This document shows, one piece after another, positions 60,115-64,000 of a DNA stretch of 64,000 bases. The notes below the pieces were generated by a model. The model was not told the DNA's origin. It saw only the letters and a list, made by a program, of their open reading frames with translations, and did not search any database. The stretch is taken from positions 1 to 64,000 of the IMG/VR virus record IMGVR_UViG_3300023202_000135, one strand, 5' to 3'. Source of the DNA: a virus. Numbering within the stretch: position 1 is the stretch's first letter; the number at the start of each line of letters is the position of its first letter. Made by a program: the position numbers and the translations under genes.

Positions 60115-61620
60115 TCAAGGCGACGGGGTGAGATTGATCCTTACGTAAAAATTGGGGTTGACCATCTTCGTCGCGTAGCGGCTGGCGAGGCCCTTCTGAT
60201 GCAGGAAGTCGGCCGTGACCAGGGTCTCGGTCGTGTACATCATCTGGTAGGGCGACCAGACGAGGCCCGCTTGGTAGAAGTCGTTGCCCTTGTAGCCCAT
60301 GAGGACGTTGCCGTCCGGGCTGGCATTCGGCTCCTTGTCCAGGTGGATGTCCTTGTACACGCGGAACTTGTTGAGCAGCGTTCCGATGTAGTGGAGACCC
60401 TGGACGTTCGCGGGGCGCGGCGCGGCCTGGAACATGCCGGCGGGGAGGGACTCGATGAGGGTCGAGGCCTGCTCGTCGACGATGAGCCAGTTGCCATACC
60501 CCTTCTGCGTCGCCGCCCAAATCTTGTTGGAGGCGTTGTTGAGGGGGATGGCGAAGTCCCGGTAGTGGTCGGTGATGTTGAAGCCGGGGCTCGCACCGGG
60601 GGTCTTCGCGAACGTGTCGACGACCGGCGCCACCTGCCACATCTCGTGGATGAGCTGGCGGGCGATCTCGAAGTTCATCTGCTCGGCCGCACCGGTGATG
60701 AGGTTGGGCTCCAGCGAGACGCCGAACTCCTGGAGGATGTCGTGGACGGCCTCCATGCTGTAGTTCAGCTTCATGGCCCGACGCTCGGTCTCCACGGTGG
60801 AGGTCGTGATCTGCACGTCCACCTGCGGGGTGAGCTGCGACCCCTCGCTGTCCCAGCGGTAGCGGGCGATGATCGGCTGGGAGTTGTCGACGGCACCCGA
60901 GAAGGTGACGCTGACCGCACCGGTCTTGTAGTCGATGCTGCCGGTGACGCCGCTCAGGAACCCGCCGTTGCCGTTGTCGTAGACGGTCTCGGCGGTGCCG
61001 GAGACGATCGCCGTGACGGACACGGTGCCCGGAGCCACGCCGCCGCCGTCGTGGTAGACGAGCGTTCCGGCGTAGGTCGCGGCGGCGCCGTCACCCTGGG
61101 CGATGACCTCGGCGTCGATCACTTCGTTGGAGAAGTTGAAGCCGCTGTCCTGCTTGCCGGTGTTGGCGTCGAAGAGGCGCATGCCGGGGGTGTAGCTGCC
61201 CTTGGCCTGATCTCCGCCGACGATCCAGTTCCAGTAGACGACGGTCGCGATCTTGCGGGTCGTCACCTGGACCGAAACGAGGTCGGTGATCGGGTTGGTC
61301 GGGAAGCCGGCCCGGATGATGGGGAAGATGTAGTCGGAGAAGCCGCCGACCAGCGCGGAGCGGGTGGCCTCGTCGAGAGTGACGAGCCCGTTCTCGTTGA
61401 GCTTGCGGCGGGACTTCGACGCCATCCAGCGCTTGGCATTCTCCATCACCAGGGCGGTGGAGGCGCGCATGTAGTCGTCGTCGATTCGGAGGTCACCGTA
61501 GTCAGACTCCGTGAAATACTCGGCCCAGCCGCCTTCGGATTCGGGGAGTTCCGACAGACGCAGACCGGCTTCCAGGACGCCCTCGAAGATGCCTCCCTGT
61601 TGCAGAGCAAGTTCGCTCAT
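60115..61620 (-). CDS. major capsid protein (T4 gp23-like)
   Basis: DLVSVQ, RAMKLNYSMEAVHD, EIARQLI, MGYKG, PY, GLASRYA. Confidence 0.9.
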   Translation of the reverse strand: MSELALQQGGIFEGVLEAGLRLSELPESEGGWAEYFTESDYGDLRIDDDYMRASTALVMENAKRWMASKSRRKLNENGLVTLDEATRSALVGGFSDYIFPIIRAGFPTNPITDLVSVQVTTRKIATVVYWNWIVGGDQAKGSYTPGMRLFDANTGKQDSGFNFSNEVIDAEVIAQGDGAAATYAGTLVYHDGGGVAPGTVSVTAIVSGTAETVYDNGNGGFLSGVTGSIDYKTGAVSVTFSGAVDNSQPIIARYRWDSEGSQLTPQVDVQITTSTVETERRAMKLNYSMEAVHDILQEFGVSLEPNLITGAAEQMNFEIARQLIHEMWQVAPVVDTFAKTPGASPGFNITDHYRDFAIPLNNASNKIWAATQKGYGNWLIVDEQASTLIESLPAGMFQAAPRPANVQGLHYIGTLLNKFRVYKDIHLDKEPNASPDGNVLMGYKGNDFYQAGLVWSPYQMMYTTETLVTADFLHQKGLASRYATKMVNPNFYVRINLTPSP

Positions 61621-61678
61621 GGGAAGTTCCTTTCGGATGTTGGTTGGTGTGCTTGGTTGAGGAAGAACGAGGTGATGT

Positions 61679-63562
61679 TCAGCGGCCGATCTTGGACACC
61701 GCCGCAGCCGCTTGCTTCACGCCGGGGCTGACTTGGTGCCCGTTCGCGGGTCGGTCGGGGACATCGGAGGTCGATTCGACCATGAGCCCTCGACGTAGCG
61801 CGGAGCGTTGCGGAACAGGCGAGTCTTCTGGCTCATCCTCCCCTTCGGCCAGGACCGGCTCGGCCGTCTTGTCCTTGGGGGCCTGCCCGACGATCATGGG
61901 CGCGAGGCCCTCGACCATCTCCGCAAGCTGTTCGAGCGTAGTGGCCTCCTCCAGAACCTTGCGGTAGCGCGCCAAGGCGGGCTGGGCCGCAAGGACCAGT
62001 TCGAGGGCCTCGTCCACCGGTTCTCCGGTTTCGGGGGTCTCCACGATGGGCGCAGGCGCCCGGGTCCGCTCGATCAGTTGGTTGGCAAGTTCTCGGTGGC
62101 CGCTCGACTCGCGTCCCGCCGCTTCTGCGGCCTCAGCCAGTCGCCATGCCTCGTCGCGGTTCGCTTCTGCTTCCGCAACCTTCTGCCGGAGTTCGCCCGC
62201 GCCTTCACGCAGGCGACGATTCTCAGATGTTAGCTGCTTGAGTCGCGATTGCAACTCCTCGACTACGGCCTTGAAGCCGGCTTCGTGTTTGGCTGTCGCA
62301 GCCTCCGTCACCGCGCCGATCGACTCGTCGATCGAGGCCCCGACCGTGATCCCATCCAGCATCGGGCCGATGGACTCGGCCACCTTGCCGAGGAGCCAGT
62401 CGCTCAGGGCGGCCTTGTCGCTATCAGAGAGGTCTTCCCGGGCCCGTGCCTGGGACCACTTCCGGTGGAGCTGGGCCGTCAGCTCGATGGGGTTGCCGGA
62501 GACCTCCTGGAGGGCCTCCAGGAGGGGCAGGAAAGGCTCCTGGAGGCCCTCCTCGGACACCTCGGCGCCCTGGGCCGCCTCGCCAGATAGGCCCTCAGCG
62601 GCGCTCTCTGCGAACTTGAGCATGATGGGCTGGCCGTTGGCCGGGCAGGCCGCGAAGTGGGTCAGGTCGCCGCAAGGCTGGTCCAGGGCCTCGAACACGA
62701 GGTCGACGTGGTCCTGCCCGCAGCGCGCGCAAGTCTTGACCGTAGTGGTGTGGGTGTCGTCGCCCTCCTTGAGCGACTTCTTGCGCTGCACGGCCGGGGC
62801 GTCGGCGCCGGCACCTTTGGACAGGTTGGCGTAGGCGCCTGGGGTGGACGGGCGCATGACCGCGTCCCAGCACTCCAGGATGTAGGTCTCGGGGCTGACC
62901 TTGCCGCTCTCGTCGACCTCGCCGTTGCCGCGAGTCGACACGCCCCAGCGCACGCCCTTGCGGGTGAGTTCCTGGAGGATGAGGCCAGACGGGGTATCGA
63001 GCAGCTCGTGACGAGCCCACACCACGCCGTCCTCCTGGAGCTTGGCCTGGGTAGTGACGAGGGCGACCTCCTTGCCGTCCGTGCGGCCGTCCTTCGGGTG
63101 CTCGAAATGGCCGGTCATCCCGCGCTCGTTGATGCGCTCCAGGATCGGTGACTTTTTGTCACCGAACAGCTTCTCCCAAATCTCCTTCGGGTAGTAGCGC
63201 TTGTTCGCGTTGCGGACGCCGGACCGCTGGCCGGGGCCTTCGACGAACCACCGGCCGTCTTTGGGTAGGGGTACGGTCTCGCCGTTGGGGAGCTTGCGCT
63301 CGACAAGTTCGAGGTCGTTGAAGTTCTCGACCAGCGTCAGGTTGTCGTTCTGCTGGAAGCTCTCGCAGAGCGAGTTGCCCTGCTTGGTGGCCCGCCCTTC
63401 CGCGAACCAGACCTTGTCCTTCTGTGTGACGTACGAGACCTCGGGGGTGAACACGAGGTTGAGGTCGCCGCCCGATTCGAGGAGGCCCTGGTAGCTGTCC
63501 CAATCCTCGATCCAGCCTTCGCAAAGGAGCCGGCGATTAGTAGCTGGGGTACGGGGTGGCAT
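61679..63562 (-). CDS. prohead protease (gp21-like) fused to a scaffold-like coiled coil
   Basis: NANKRYYP, GHFEHP, LDTPSG, GVSTRGNG, WDAVMRPSTPGA and a C-terminal coiled coil. Confidence 0.88.
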   Translation of the reverse strand: MPPRTPATNRRLLCEGWIEDWDSYQGLLESGGDLNLVFTPEVSYVTQKDKVWFAEGRATKQGNSLCESFQQNDNLTLVENFNDLELVERKLPNGETVPLPKDGRWFVEGPGQRSGVRNANKRYYPKEIWEKLFGDKKSPILERINERGMTGHFEHPKDGRTDGKEVALVTTQAKLQEDGVVWARHELLDTPSGLILQELTRKGVRWGVSTRGNGEVDESGKVSPETYILECWDAVMRPSTPGAYANLSKGAGADAPAVQRKKSLKEGDDTHTTTVKTCARCGQDHVDLVFEALDQPCGDLTHFAACPANGQPIMLKFAESAAEGLSGEAAQGAEVSEEGLQEPFLPLLEALQEVSGNPIELTAQLHRKWSQARAREDLSDSDKAALSDWLLGKVAESIGPMLDGITVGASIDESIGAVTEAATAKHEAGFKAVVEELQSRLKQLTSENRRLREGAGELRQKVAEAEANRDEAWRLAEAAEAAGRESSGHRELANQLIERTRAPAPIVETPETGEPVDEALELVLAAQPALARYRKVLEEATTLEQLAEMVEGLAPMIVGQAPKDKTAEPVLAEGEDEPEDSPVPQRSALRRGLMVESTSDVPDRPANGHQVSPGVKQAAAAVSKIGR

Positions 63563-63914
63563 TCCGCTTCTCCTTGAAGACGTCGGGAACCTTAGGGGTT
63601 CGATCGAAGAGCGCGATGACCGCTCCGTTGTGGAAGATGGCCTGGGCCGCCCCGAACTCTCGGGCCCGGTCTACCGATTCCAGGCCGATCTCGTGGTGAC
63701 CCCACAGACGAAACTGCCGGGCGATGACGGTGGGGTTGGAGCCGAGTGCGAACGACGGAACGTCACCGTCATCACCTTCGTCGATGTAGATCGTGTAGGA
63801 CTCCATGTAGTTGTCGTACACGAGCACAAAGAAGTCGCCCGGAAGTTCGGGCGGAAGTTCGGCGTCGATGCCTACCCGCGGGCCGAGGCCTCTACGCTTC
63901 TTCTTCGTCGCCAT
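63537..63914 (-). CDS. hypothetical protein
   Basis: Overlaps the protease start; lies in the head operon. Confidence 0.55.
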   Translation of the reverse strand: MATKKKRRGLGPRVGIDAELPPELPGDFFVLVYDNYMESYTIYIDEGDDGDVPSFALGSNPTVIARQFRLWGHHEIGLESVDRAREFGAAQAIFHNGAVIALFDRTPKVPDVFKEKRNATPYPSY

Positions 63915-64000
63915 GCTCGGACACCAGAACGTGATCGGGTGAGAGGTCGGTCGTGCAGTGCGGACACGACCGCGGGCCCTCCTGCAAGGGAAGCGGGAAT

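Noticed and set aside
1-64000. Alternative genetic code, integrase or att sites
   Set aside because: Genes are intact under the standard code with all three stops used; no suppressor tRNA and no recombinase seen.

Overview
This is a 64-kb segment of a large, GC-rich contractile-tailed phage with distant T4-like virion genes. Almost all genes are on the minus strand. From right to left it holds: prohead protease/scaffold and major capsid protein; a tRNA array; accessory genes including an ADP-ribosylglycohydrolase; neck, sheath, tube, tape-measure, baseplate and fibre genes; a lysis-like pair with a lipoprotein spanin, suggesting a diderm host; and a replication module (RNase H, intein-containing RecQ, UvsW-like helicase, DnaB-like helicase, primase). 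The most striking observation is a leaderless 25-codon peptide and a four-segment attenuator directly upstream of the tRNA array. Its codons 4-17 encode almost only the six amino acids of the downstream tRNAs (Ile, Gly, Thr, Ser, Asn, Gln) and include a codon read by each of the six anticodons. This is a candidate tRNA-depletion-sensing switch for the phage tRNAs. Other notable features are a tRNA-Asn split by an HNH gene plus a replacement tRNA-Asn, two unclassified structured RNAs, an intein with an out-of-frame nuclease remnant, nested and circularly permuted copies of one virion domain, and AT-rich synonymous patches beside HNH genes. All product calls come from motifs read by eye and from gene order; no database search was run.
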